From Ascidiella aspersa (lineage: Eukaryota), in the NCBI GenBank assembly GCA_963924565.1, contig OZ004610.1:13020001-13084000 (forward strand): 64,000 nucleotides of DNA. The letters are read 5' to 3'. The translations under genes were made by a program, and so were the position numbers. Positions 1 through 12,231 of the stretch are shown here, piece by piece; position 1 is the stretch's first letter; each line of letters starts with the position of its first letter. The notes beneath the pieces are model-generated. The model saw only the letters and a program-made list of their open reading frames with translations, was not told where the DNA came from and did not search any database.

Positions 1-1255
1 GTGACACATAATGGGAAATCAAGCAGGAAGCATAAATTTTCAAAAAAAAGTTAAATCTGAACAACCCTAGCATTCCCCATCTCAGTCACTTAGGGAACAT
101 TTTATTTTTGGGGCCGAATATTACTGTATATTAATATTCGTAAATATGCAAATTAATATCTTTTTTTTAAAAGTCTGATTGCTGGCTAAGTTAGTTTGCT
201 TTGAGAGATATGTAAAATTTTGACTGAAAATCTTCTTTATTTCTCGAGTTATGGGACTTTTGCTTTTTGTCCGATTTGAAATTATCGACGTTTATGAATG
301 TTTGAAGAAATATTAATAACTTATCCCCGAATAATTGGAGTTCGAGTCATATCTCATTTTAAAGAGTAGACTCGTAGTATGCATGGGGTGCACCAGTACG
401 AAAAGGTATACAAGTCAAGGGTGTATCACAAACTTTTAATGAACCATTAACTTTGACGTTCAGTATATGAGAAAAAGTGTAGGTTCTAACTGATGTATAA
501 ATGAACCTCTGTGTTTTCCCAAATTGTTGATGCGACAGCTCCGCTCGGTTTAATTAACACAGTGATATTGATATACATAACGATTTTTCATATCGCTTTT
601 TACCTCAGTTTATCTTTTAAGTAAATAGGGTGCATGAGTTCGTCACAACAACTTTAACGGTTCACCAAACCTAAAAAGGTTGAAGAGCACTGATAAAAGG
701 TGTAACTAGAAAAAAAAAATTGCTGAAAACCCTGGATATCCTCACTCTATAAGCATTCCGCAATGATTCGTTTAGTCGAGGCCCATAGGGAGAGTGTTCT
801 GGGACTATAAAACATAGATATGGGGACTGACGGGTTGATTTAAAATATTGACATTGTCTCATATGTTATGTCAAACTATTGCTAAATGCGTTCAGAAAAA
901 CTTGTCGATACATTTTAAACGATATTTGTATAACAACTAAAACGGTATATTTAGAGGACACGCAGTCATAACCTGCGTTATAAAGTAGGTCACAATCGCT
1001 AGTTTAGCCGTTGTGTAAAGGTTAAAGTTTGAGCAGTGCCAATGTGTAATGGAGATAGACGTAAGCACAGGCCTGGCCCTAGGTCCATCTTTTTCTCACC
1101 GATATATTTGACCAAGATACAAAGCAAACAAACCACTAAGGGTGTACTCAGTAATTCACCATTTTTTTATTCTATATATACTCAAAGCAAGAATTTGATT
1201 TCGTTATACTTAAACAAGAATTTTCTATTCGTCACAATCAGGCATGTAGGTAGCA

Positions 1256-2155
1256 CTAACAATCAAAACCAGTTCCCATGACCAAAAACAAAGGAAAATC
1301 ACATATCATCTTAACGCTCTCATCGTCCGCAGCCGGGTCGATGCCCCACTCCTTACGAATGTAGTCTCGAAGCAGCAGGGCTCGGTCGTGCTTCTCGAAC
1401 TCTTGGTCGCTGAGGTGCTTGAGTTCCTCGCGCTTCATCTTATTGTACTCGTTGTAGGCGGCCAGCGAGCGGTAGTAGCCTATCAGCTCCGTCAGGTTCC
1501 ACTTCTGACTTACCACGAGGCCCTCCGTCACGTGTTCCTTGTCGCGACTGGGCATCTGGGCATAGATGTCAGCGTACTTGGAATTAAAGTGATGGTTTGT
1601 GGTGCTATCGTTCGGTATATGTTCGAACTGATACATTATCTCATTCGCCTTGGCGCCCATTGCTACACGAGCGGTCTCGTCTTCGACATGAAGAGGTGTA
1701 ATAAGAGGATTGAAATAGGAAAACAGAGCCACACAACCGGTCGGCTTTAGGATCCTGGAAACTTCCTTGAAAAACTTGGGTAGGTCGAATCGGTGACAAG
1801 CAGTGGCACTTATGACCAAGTCGACAGACTTGTCGGCAACCGGAATGGACTCGGCAGAGCCTAGCTCGTATGTAATGTTGTCAAAGGCGTTTTTCTGCTT
1901 CGCTTCCTTTAGCTGGTTAGCGCTGATGTCAACTCCCATGATTTTTTTAAAGTAGGGCTCAAACATGTCAGTGGCCTGGCCGCTTCCACAAGCAACGTCC
2001 ACCATAAAGTCAAACTTTACATCGCTGGAGGTATTTTTTGCGGCTTTTTTGCAGTACTGCAATACCGTATCCTTAAACTTCACTGATCCAGTGTAGACGG
2101 GCCTATACTGAACGTAGTACTTGGTGATAGTCGAACTTTCGTACACCCTAATCAT
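1256..2155 (-). CDS. Class I SAM-dependent methyltransferase (Methyltransf_11-like, DDB_G0268948-like family), single-exon CDS, 299 aa
   Basis: Motif I VDVACGSGQAT, acidic motif GVDIS, GSAESIPVADKSVDLV, FFKEVSRILKPTGCVA; N-terminal YVQYRPVY typical of this family; acceptor TTCAG 10 nt before the ATG; minus-strand AATAAA at 1166-1171. Confidence 0.92.
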   Translation of the reverse strand: MIRVYESSTITKYYVQYRPVYTGSVKFKDTVLQYCKKAAKNTSSDVKFDFMVDVACGSGQATDMFEPYFKKIMGVDISANQLKEAKQKNAFDNITYELGSAESIPVADKSVDLVISATACHRFDLPKFFKEVSRILKPTGCVALFSYFNPLITPLHVEDETARVAMGAKANEIMYQFEHIPNDSTTNHHFNSKYADIYAQMPSRDKEHVTEGLVVSQKWNLTELIGYYRSLAAYNEYNKMKREELKHLSDQEFEKHDRALLLRDYIRKEWGIDPAADDESVKMICDFPLFLVMGTGFDC

Positions 2156-5100
2156 GTTGAATATCCTGAAGCTTAAAAAAATATTAATGTTAACTTTATA
2201 ATCGAGTGTTTAGAAAGTTTATGTCGTCTAAATTTAGGATTTGCGAAGTAAATCGTACATTTAATTGGAGAAAATACATACATTGGGCCAAATGATACAA
2301 GTATTTGGAGATAATAAGAATTATAACGTTAAAAGTAATATGTGCGAACACAATGTTGATCAAAACTTCCTAAACTGGTTGTAGTGCAACAAGTTTCGGC
2401 GGGTGATAGTTGGACGTCAAAACTTATGCGAAACAAAAGTACTCCAACCTGTTAAACACGAAGAATTACGAAAAGTTAAGAGATTTCTCGCATAACTTAA
2501 ATGCGCGCGAGTAATGACACGTACATCGAAAATTTAACTACTTCGCCTGATAACCTCTTTCTTCACAACATCTAAAATTAAGCCTTTTTTACGAACGTCT
2601 CACTGAACAAATACTATTGCGACGCAACTGGACTACAAGAAGAGTCGTTTCGCATGGATTTTTCTCTGAGATCTATTAACGCAATCTCGTTAAGGGACTG
2701 TTTTATTGTTTTTACCCTTGAGACATTTCCTTGCATGTAGACGTTTACATAAAACTTACAATGCGAAAGCATTGGTTCTGCGAAATGCGGAGTTACAGAC
2801 GCTAAACAACTAGTAGCCAACACGCAATTGTTGCTTTAAACTCAAGTTAATGCCACGGCTTTCGGTAAACTAAAGGCAGAAAATCTGAATTGTCGATCAA
2901 GCAAAAACCACGGAGAGCAATTCTGTCAAGCAGAACGTAGCCTGCGGGTGGTTTAAACGAGAGAAAGTTAAAACTGTACTCAAAGACATTTAACACCAAT
3001 GAAGACAAAGTTTTGGCGCGAGCAATAAAGCCAACCACAGAGCGTGGAGCTGTCACAAATACACACAACTTACTTCTAATTTGCACTATAACGCTTCATT
3101 GAAATAGGTCAGTTGGTTTTAGTAATTTTTTATCAACCCCACCTTTATAGTTCGCAGCACTAGTTGTACGTTAACCACAATGCGACCGGCGCCAAATATT
3201 TACAAATGATAACCTTAACGTGATACGCTTACCTCATAAAAGTAGGGGTCAATAAGAATGTCACCGAAAAAGTAAGCCTTAATTGGCGGATTAATAAAAA
3301 TACATAAGTTTTCGTGAGAGACAAAATACCCATTTTTAGGATTCGCTGCAACTGAACATAAATAAAAATTCTTTTAATTGATAATTTGCACTAAAGGCTG
3401 TAATATGTCGGTTTAGTATTTAAACCATGTTTCATTTACAATAATGCCCCCTCTTGATTTTGAAAAGCAAATGAGAAAGCAAGGTCGGTCATATTTATAG
3501 GGAATAAAATACCAATCATCACTAATAAATGGTATCCAACTGACACCACCGGTCATTAGTGTTTTTGGTAAACAAGTCAAACAGTTAAATCAGTAATTCA
3601 CATTCTCGCTAACATTTTGATCCAAAATTGATTAAAGTTTGCCTGTACTATTTTAACAACTTGTTATTTTGGAATAAGTCAGCATGGAACATCTTCTCTT
3701 ATAATAAATGGGAAAGTTTGTCCGCGGGTCGGCATATGTTCGCAGCCCGGTAGCTGACATGCGATCTTAATAAGACCGACAGAGCAATGTCACTCACAGT
3801 GCTCTTAGGCGAGAAGCGAGGCCAGAGGCTATAATAGAGAGAAACTCATGTGCTCCCAGAGAGAAAAAATTTCGTCTCTTTCTACAAGAGAAAGTCACGC
3901 ATCTGAAGCGAGCGCCTTCGCAAATCGATCACGGGTAAGCAATTTTTATTGTCTGAGGGCTCTTTTTTATATCACGCAAGTCTAAACAATTGCTGTTACA
4001 ACAAATCCTTCACTGTAACATATGGCTTTAAAAAATTTTACACCACGCCAGTCTATTAGATGTCGCTTTCCACGCAGCCTTAATAAAAATAATGTTTCCA
4101 AACTTAACGCTATTATGTTTAAGAGCTACTTGATGTTTTTTACCTCGCAACATTTAGTTAGAGTTCGTAAAATATCGCATTTAATACAGAGGTTTCAAAA
4201 CATAAAATGTATAGTTACCGAACATGTGCAACGATGTAAGTAAAGATTTAAATTTGAAACTTCTTGCAGTATGTTTAACAATCTCAGCCACGCCAACTAA
4301 GGTTTAATTTAGCTGACACAGAAACTAACCCACAACATCGCTGGTTATCTTACATTTCGATGTTACGCCAGTCGCTTCTGCGCGGTTCACGTACAGTTTT
4401 CTAGTTCGGTCAACATCTTTTTTTCATCTGTAATAAGCCAACGTCTTGAACAGTTTTACTGTTATAACTGGATTTCAAGCAACGAAAGCGATATACCAAA
4501 AAAGCTATTGTTGGTACAAGACGTGAAAGCTGTTATTTGTACATCGGCCGTTTTTGTTCTGCGATATCGAGGCTTTTTAGCTTAAGCAAACGTTGTTTGG
4601 TTAAGTGAAACTTATTACAGTTTTGTTTGTTAACTGCTGCTGTTTTACTAAATTTGCGAGATTATAAAATAAATATTTTCAAAACGGTTTGGTAATCGTG
4701 TTTGATTTGTGTGGAGTATATAATTAATATCTCCTTATTGCAGCGTTTTTCTTAATGTTCTTTCATTAGCCATCAAGACACTTACAGTTACACATACAAC
4801 GTACAGGAACCCTTACCGATAAATTACGCAACATTTGGTCTGAGTTTGTAAAATATCGCGTTTGTTGCAGCGGCTTGAACACTAAGCAAATTTACTTTTC
4901 AAACGGGATATTCTTTCGTGGGACGCAGTACAGTACGGGGATTACGTATTTGCTTGGACTTCGCACAATTTGAACTATTGCTTCTACCGTTATCGATCGA
5001 AATTTGTCACGGGTTTTTGTTACATTATACGCGAGAAATGTTTCAAGGTTGTGTGTTTAGTAGCTCCATTTAAACAAAACACACAACACTTTTTGATGTT

Positions 5101-7611
5101 AAATACCTTAATATTTTTAGATCATCGGCTATGACATGCTGGTTACAAGTAAATACCTTATTTCTTCTAGTACAAAATAAACCCCTATGGACGCCAAGAT
5201 TTAGCATGAGGTTTGTTATCCCTGAAAATATGAGACTGCAGATAAAATTACTATAATAGCTCCAACCTTAAACATCTCTATCTGACCAAATTTTACTTCA
5301 GGCACAGGGTTGTAATATCTAAAAAGAACGGGAGGTCACAAAGACCGTTTGTCCGATAAAGAAAAAAACTACCGAATAATTTAGCTTTGCTTCACTCTAT
5401 AAGTTTCTATGAGCTACCATATTTTCAGCACCCAAAGAGAAGACATTTTTTTGCAGACAAGTAAAACAAAAGTAGAATTGTTACGCTTATGTTTGGTAAT
5501 GTTTTACGTTTTTTGGTAGTTGCAGGCAAAAGTTACAAAAACAGACACTAAAACAACAATTTTTTTATTTTTTTTTAAATTCATCCCATGAATATTTTGC
5601 GGTAACCTTAACTTTTGCCAATACGCAATGATCTTTTTTAACGAGATCGTGAAATGGTTCACACGAAACATCATTGAAATTATATACAACCGTCAAGATG
5701 CTGGAAACTGATCCAACTTATAAGCTGTCTCTTTCTTTGTACTATTTGTGGCTGCAAAGAAAATATGCGCCGTAAGTAAAATTGCGCGATCTTTAACAGT
5801 TCACTAAACATTTCTTCGGTTCTCGAGTGCTGGAAATATTTCTGGGCATACAGTGACACTGATAGTAGGCTAGGCCTACAAAACCCACATCTTGCATAAT
5901 TAATGGGACTTTTCAGATGTGAGGTTTTGCTGCAATATTTCTGGCGCAATGTTTGCAATAACAATCAAGAAGGTAGGACAATTTGTTGGAAAACCTTTTT
6001 TAAACCAGTAATTCAGCATGTTTTATGGCTCAGTAATATTTTGGAAATAAATACAACGCCTCGCCTAAAAGTCTTGTTGAAAGTATAAGCAACTAACTCG
6101 AAATGCGAAAAAAGAGGACATTTGGGCATTTTTGAGCGTCCTCGGAGGACAATTTACTTTTCTTGAGAATAGAGAACAAATATTTTTTAGGATGCGTAAA
6201 GGTTATTTGATTTTTTTGTATTCACAACTAACACGAACATTGTAATTGATTAAAAAAATAAATAATTTTTAAATACGCGAAAAATATCAAACGTCATTTT
6301 TTTATTATGCTGCTTAAAATGAACCACAACTAGCTATTGAAAAGCATACAAAAACAAGCAAATTAGCATCACTCATCGCAATTCCGCATATTCAGTGAAA
6401 TCCGAATATAAATAACAGCCCATAGCGCAATGGGCATAACTTTCAAACAACTTCTACACTTTGCATAACCTAATATACAGCATCCAAAATACATTTTTGC
6501 AGTTTTGTTTTGTTGATAGTTTACAGCCGCTTGAAACTACTTCCGCTTTCTGCCACCGTCAACTACCGAGTTTCTGATGAATTGTTGACTCAAAATTATG
6601 AACTAGAACTGCTATCAGCTACTGCAGCAATTTTTCGATGGTTGTTTTTTTGAAACAATAGCACAACAAAACGCTGTCCTTTAAGGCTAATTTAATCGTT
6701 GAGGAGTTATAATTTGCTTTAAGGTCGAAATGACCGTTGACGGTAATTTAATGTAATAATAGGTACCTAAGCGGGAATATACGCTATGAACGATTAAAAA
6801 CAAAAACGGTCAAAATAACCGCACCGGTAATTCTAGTGTTAAACGGTTTAAAGCCGGAGTCCAGCTTATATTACCAAATAAGTTTCGTGTCGTCGTTTAA
6901 AAGTTTTGCGCTGACCGCCAGGAATTCCCATTGAAACCCCCATTGAAACCCGTTAGTGAAAATGCTTTATTTACCATTTATCAACAAATATATAAGCTGA
7001 AATATTTAACACTCCTACGTGTAGAACAGCCTATCTAGATCTAAGACATGGCCGTGTAGCGTTGCCAAAGAGTTGTACACGGACTCACTAAGAAAAATTA
7101 CCTCGCGAATATCTCTTTTAACAAAACCACAATCTCAATCTGTTTCCTCTTTAAAATTAATCCTAATTTTTCGTTGTTTTATATTCAGTTACCCTTAAAG
7201 TGAATTAAATGCCGCAGGATACTTATAATACAAACTGGATATGTTATTTACAGAGGCCAATCCCGACTGAAAACCACGCCAACTAAAACTATTTTTTTAT
7301 TTTAACTTTTATGATATTATAAATGAAGAACGAAATATCAGCCAAAAGGCACCGTGCATATTTCGTCATGTAGCTATTATGGTCAACAACTTCTACCAGA
7401 TTGGTAAATTATTTTGTGTGTCTATTGTTAGGCGTACGAGCTCTATTTTTATACTTACGAAAAGTTACGATTAACACAGACTAAAATACTGTCTTTTTGC
7501 GAATCCACTCAAAACAAAGAATATTTATGGGACCACACAATAAGACCAACAAGCAACAATGTCTAAATTTAGAACAATATCATTTTAAGGTAAAAACAAA
7601 AAGTCAAATAC

Positions 7612-8285
7612 TTTATGACTTAAAACAGAAAATATGACTTTTTACAATTTTAAAACTTCTTAAATAATGCTTTAGCGGTCTGCTCCATATTATCGGGTCA
7701 AACTCTGCTCATTCTGTACGAACAGCCTTTTGTAACGCCAACACGCCTGCCGGTATGCATCATTCAATCTGGCAACCTATTTCCCGTTGAATAGGTAATT
7801 GTCTATATTTTAGAACTTCCTGTACTATTGGTTTGGCGTTCTACGTATTGCCACGAAACCTACCGCCATCTGTAATGTAATTATTTATGTGATGGCATTT
7901 TATGCCAAAATTAGCAGCCTCATTTTCTGTTTACACGTGAGTTATGATCGCACACTTTTACTGAGGTGAATTATTGAACGGTACTGTTTTGAATATACGC
8001 AAAAAAATATTATTACATTGTGGTCAAACCCACAAGCTTATGATAACATAGTTCTTTCGTTGTTATCAGTTTCACAACTTTCTGAACCACCGAAAAAATA
8101 TGACTTTAATGACTTTTACTGGCCCTTACAACGTTTAGTTAAAGAAAACACAGATCACAAACAACTTTTGAACAATTTACAAGTTTTACATTTAAGCGAT
8201 CCTTTGCTATGTCTGTTCGACGTTTTTCATATTTTCCCCTTAACATCGACCGTGAGTCCTATTATATAATTTGCCGGTTGCGTAT
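7612..8285 (+). repeat. Local duplicated block, copy 1
   Basis: Near-identical to 13908-14574 (GCTCCATATTATCGGGTCAAACTCTGCTCATTCTG..., TTGTGGTCAAACCCACAAGC...). Confidence 0.9.
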
Positions 8286-8487
8286 GCTCTGCAATTTTAA
8301 TATGGCTTTACCTTGTCTATAATGCGCCCTCTCTGAAAATTGTTATACTTTTTGTCTCAGAATTACAATTAACAAAGACAAAAGTGGTACCTTTATTGCT
8401 AATCAACTCACAACAAAGATTTTGCAAGTCTTGCTTTGCCTTAAGGGCTTTTGCAGTCTTGCATAATTATTCGTCTACAACTCTACA

Positions 8488-8650
8488 AGATAGATAGATA
8501 GATTTGAATTTAGTTTGAAACAACGGTAAATAAATGAAAAAGAAAAAAAAATTATAAAATAAGGAAGCGTCCGTAGTTCCCAGGGGGCGGCGAAAGACTG
8601 TCATCTAGTCAGCCGCCCCCTGGCCGTGATTCGATTCGAGTTAAGCATTT
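8488..8650 (-). mobile_element. Probable 3' end of a LINE/SINE (CR1/L2-like): GC stem-loop plus (TCTA)n tail
   Basis: (GATA)n at 8488-8502; hairpin CAGGGGGCGGC...GCCGCCCCCTG at 8581-8622. Confidence 0.4.
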
Positions 8651-8659
8651 TTTTTTTCA

Positions 8660-9145
8660 GGAAAACAAAGGTGAACAAGACACATAACAAAAATAATTAT
8701 TAGTCAATACAGAAGAAAAAAAACAAAACAAAACTACATTATATTATTTTAAGGCGAAACAAGATATATAATAACGAGAATTGTTCTTAAACAATTGACG
8801 AAAAAACAATACAAACTACATTATATTAGGACGAAAGAGGATGCATTACAAAAAGAATTATTCGTAAATACATGTCATGACCAAAAAACACAAAACAAAG
8901 TAAAGTGAAACAAGCTACATAACAAAAAACTATTAAAATTAGTAAATACATGACAAAAACATGACAAAACAAAGCAGGTTATTTTAAGGCGAAACAAGAC
9001 GCGTTTCAAAAAGAGTTATTCGTAATTGACGAAGAAAACGAGCAAAATAAAATACCTTATATTAAGGCGAAACAAGATACATAACTAAAGGAAACATTCT
9101 TAAATACAGGACAAGAAAACAAAATATATTATATTAAACAAAACA
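8660..9145 (+). repeat. Degenerate A-rich tandem repeat (unit about 75-90 bp)
   Basis: Recurring AAGGCGAAACAAGA.ACATAAC and ACATTATATT units. Confidence 0.75.
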
Positions 9146-9234
9146 ATGGACTACACAACAAGACCTACAAGGGACCACACAATAAGACCAACAAGCATCA
9201 ATGTCTAAATCAGAACAATCCATATCATACTAGT

Positions 9235-9692
9235 AATAAGACTAACGAATTAAAGCCAAAAAACTTAATCGTCCGAATAGGGCTTAAACCTGTTATAGTC
9301 CTTAAATCATCAGAATAATGCCTAAATTGCCAAAAGAAAACCTGAAACTATAGGCATATGGTATGGGACGATCGAGGCCCATCGGTCCGGCATCGGCCAT
9401 TTCGGTGTCGACGTTCGGGCGTCCTAGTTTAAACGGCCCCATTAGGACGCCGTAGTTTTTGCACCGGATTGTTTGTTCCTGTTTGGTGTTAGTGGTGAGT
9501 GTTGTATGGGTTTAGAAATTCAGTTGGGGTTGAACTTATTGGGGGAGTCAGTGATGTAATTAGGGGCGGGGCGTGTGGTTAGGGATAAGGTTGTATAAAC
9601 CTGATTCTGGTCATTTAGGTCTTATTCCCGCAGGTTTAGGATTTTAACAACGGTTAGGTATTCGTCCTATTTGTGTCTTAATTATGTCTTAT
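9235..9692. mobile_element. Degenerate palindromic non-autonomous element
   Basis: Imperfect outer inverted repeats (AATAAGAC...GTCTTAT; GAATAATGCCTAAAT...ATTTAGGTCTTATTC), central hairpin GGCGTCCTA...TAGGACGCC, TTAGGG-like degenerate tract. Confidence 0.45.
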
Positions 9693-10044
9693 CTTCAAAA
9701 ATGTGTTTTAATTCGACGTTGACGTGGTTCTTAAATTTCGGTCTAAAAGCTCGGATCCTTGTAAATCGAAAACATATCTCAATCCAATTTGTAATTGTGA
9801 CAGAACAAACAAATGTATGTAACCTACTATCGATAAAGATTAAAAAAATACTCTATAGGATTTTATGACCTAAAAATTGATAAAAATTAACCTTATTTTT
9901 TTTAAATATATATAACACAATACGTCTTCGTTCTTTCAGAATCAAATTTATGCTAATCTTCTAAATCTTTTTATGCACGTTTTCACATGTATTTTGAAAA
10001 CACATTTCACTTCAAAATCACTACAAAAATTGGAATGTCTAATC

Positions 10045-10385
10045 CAGGGGCACCTAACTGTTTTCTTCACGAACCGGATTACCCAACGACTGGTGGTCGT
10101 GGGTCAGATAACACTAAAAATTGGTGATCGCCGGCCGGATATGAGCTTATTTATATTTACCTTATTTGACTTATGTCACGATAAAAACGAAGGAAAGATA
10201 AATGAAATATTCACAAAACAATTTACTGAGCTTTATGAAAATGTTTTTACACATGGTAAGCAGGTTGCTTATGATATAAATAACCTTTTTAGGATTGTCT
10301 AGATCTCGAAAATAAGCCGCGGACCGGAAAAATTAAAACGGCAGGCCGGACCTTGCCCGCGGGTCGTATATTGCGGTAATCCCTG
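10045..10385. mobile_element. Degenerate hAT/Charlie-like MITE
   Basis: CAGGGG...CCCTG ends, GGCCGGA/GCCCGCGGG subterminal motifs, 8-bp flanks GTCTAATC vs GTCTGATA (6/8 match). Confidence 0.7.
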
Positions 10386-10595
10386 GTCTGATAATTCTAC
10401 TTAACAAGATATGTAAATTGCAATTGATGTCAAATTTGATGCAATTTTTTTGTTTGGACAAAGGATTTATTTTATAGGAAAAATGATCATCGCTCCACAG
10501 ACGCCGAAATAGGCTGGCATTTTAACAATTTTATATACAACGCTAAAGACGAATGAGCAAATAAAATCTATCAATCTCTGAGTACCCAATGAAAC

Positions 10596-10848
10596 ATTCA
10601 CACATATGTGTGTAAGAGCTGAGATCTAGCCCTTCGAAGCTGCTTTTTGACCAACGACTACAGCTTACGTATAATTAGTACACCGAAAGCCATCGCAGAC
10701 TCACCGAGTCTGTTGATCTATGATGCAAGCAGGGCAGACTAGAAAAACAACTAGCCTACAGTGAGGTTCGAACTCACGACCTCCGGTCAAGCCGGGACCG
10801 TCGCTCTCCGAGCACCTTTACCTGTTAACCTCTTAGCACTGGCTGCCA
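10596..10848 (-). mobile_element. tRNA-derived SINE-like element
   Basis: Minus strand CCGGAGGTCGTGAGTTCGAACCTC is a tRNA T-arm/Pol III B-box (10765-10773), but there is no full cloverleaf; boundaries approximate. Confidence 0.6.
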
Positions 10849-11168
10849 TACTGACCGATATGGGCCGACCTAATCTACTACAAGTGTGTATATAGCATTC
10901 AGAGACTAAATACTTTTTTGCAAATAATAATGATTTAATGGTAGGCCTAAACTGCAAATTTACATCAAAGAGCAAGCGTTATTAGGCTACAGAAAACAAT
11001 AAAAGTGTTTCTTCTAATTATTCGAATTGCAGAATGAGAACTTTCACTACTCCCTTATACACTAATATCACATTTTAATGTCTGCTGGAGATGCTTGAAC
11101 AACATCTACCAATTAAGTTACCAGGATTCAAACTTGAGCATTTTGAAATAAAAAACAAAAATACAAAC

Positions 11169-11612
11169 TTTATGAAATAAAACAGAAAACATGGCTTTTT
11201 ACAATTTTATAACCTTTCAAATAGAGCTTGTAGCGGCTTGCTCCATATTATCGGGTAAAACTGGGTTCATTCTTCGAACAGCCTGTCGTTAAGCCAACAC
11301 GCCTGCCTGTGTGCATCATTCGAGCTGGCAACCTATTTCCCCCTGCACCGTTCAAGAATTTCCTGTACTTTTGCTTAGGTGTTTGAGCGACAGCGTGTTG
11401 TCGCGAAATTTAATTACCGCCAATTTGTTATTTAAGTGATGGCGTTTGATGCCAAAATAAGCATTATCTTATGCTGTTCACACGTAGCGTTCTGATCGCG
11501 CACGTTTACTGGGGTAAATTATTGAACGTACGGTAAATAGACTTGTAAGAAATGTTTTGTTGTTTGATTATGCGCAATAATTATTATTTCATTGTGGTCA
11601 AACCCACAGCTT
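11169..11612 (+). repeat. Local duplicated block, copy 2 (more diverged)
   Basis: Shares GCTCCATATTATCGGGT, GTGATGGC.TTTGATGCCAAAAT, TTGTGGTCAAACCCACA. Confidence 0.85.
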
Positions 11613-11639
11613 GGTTTACCTTTTCGGCGTGATATAAAC

Positions 11640-12231
11640 CAGGGAGTCGAACCGTTTGATTTTTCCGGTTCAGGTTCGGTTCGGGTTCAAGGATTTTTTG
11701 GAATCCGGTTCAGTTCCGGTTTCGGTTCGGAGTAATTTAAAAGTTACGGTTCAGATCCGGTTCGAACATCGTTATTTCAAAACCGGTTCATAAAGTTCCG
11801 GTTCAGATACAATATAATTTGCGTTAAATCTCAAAATGTGGGTCGATAAATGTAGAGGATAGTCTTTGAATTGTAAGTCATTTAATCTAAGTTTCGTGAC
11901 TTATTAAAAAAACAGCAACTCAATATTGAAATAAGTAAAAAATAAAAATTGAACGATTTTTTATTCAATATTGATATTTTTTTCATAAAATTTCGAACAT
12001 GGCGTAACTTGACACTGTAAAATAGAAGCTGTGACGTCATGCTGGAGCGAACCGCTTTTGTTTACAGGTTCGGGTTCGGTTAAGGTTCAGGTACTTTCAA
12101 ATTATTCGGTTCAGTTCCGGTTCGGCTCCTTAAAATCTTACAAAAACCGGTTCAGGTTCGGTTACGGTTCGGAAAAAATTGACCCAAAACCGGTTCACAA
12201 AGTTCCGGTTCGGTTCCGGTTCGACTCCCTG
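11640..12231. mobile_element. Non-autonomous hAT-type MITE with internal GGTTC(A/C/G)G-type subterminal repeats
   Basis: Perfect 15-bp TIR CAGGGAGTCGAACCG / CGGTTCGACTCCCTG; perfect 8-bp TSD ATATAAAC at 11632-11639 and 12232-12239. Confidence 0.93.

Noticed and set aside
1-500. Possible DNA-transposon termini at the window edge
   Set aside because: Only a Tc1-like ...TACTG TA end is suggested; the matching TIR is not visible in the window
1388-1750. 120-aa plus-strand ORF
   Set aside because: Antisense shadow of the methyltransferase CDS
8018-8269. Duplicated ORF MWSNPQAYD (also 14314-14610)
   Set aside because: TTG start, inside the AT-rich duplicated block; similarity reflects recent DNA duplication rather than coding constraint
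10750-10850. Functional tRNA gene
   Set aside because: Only the T-arm/B-box is recognisable; no acceptor stem or anticodon arm could be built, so treated as SINE-like
11650-12225. CRISPR-like or satellite array
   Set aside because: Eukaryotic context; the short repeats are subterminal motifs inside a TIR/TSD-bounded MITE
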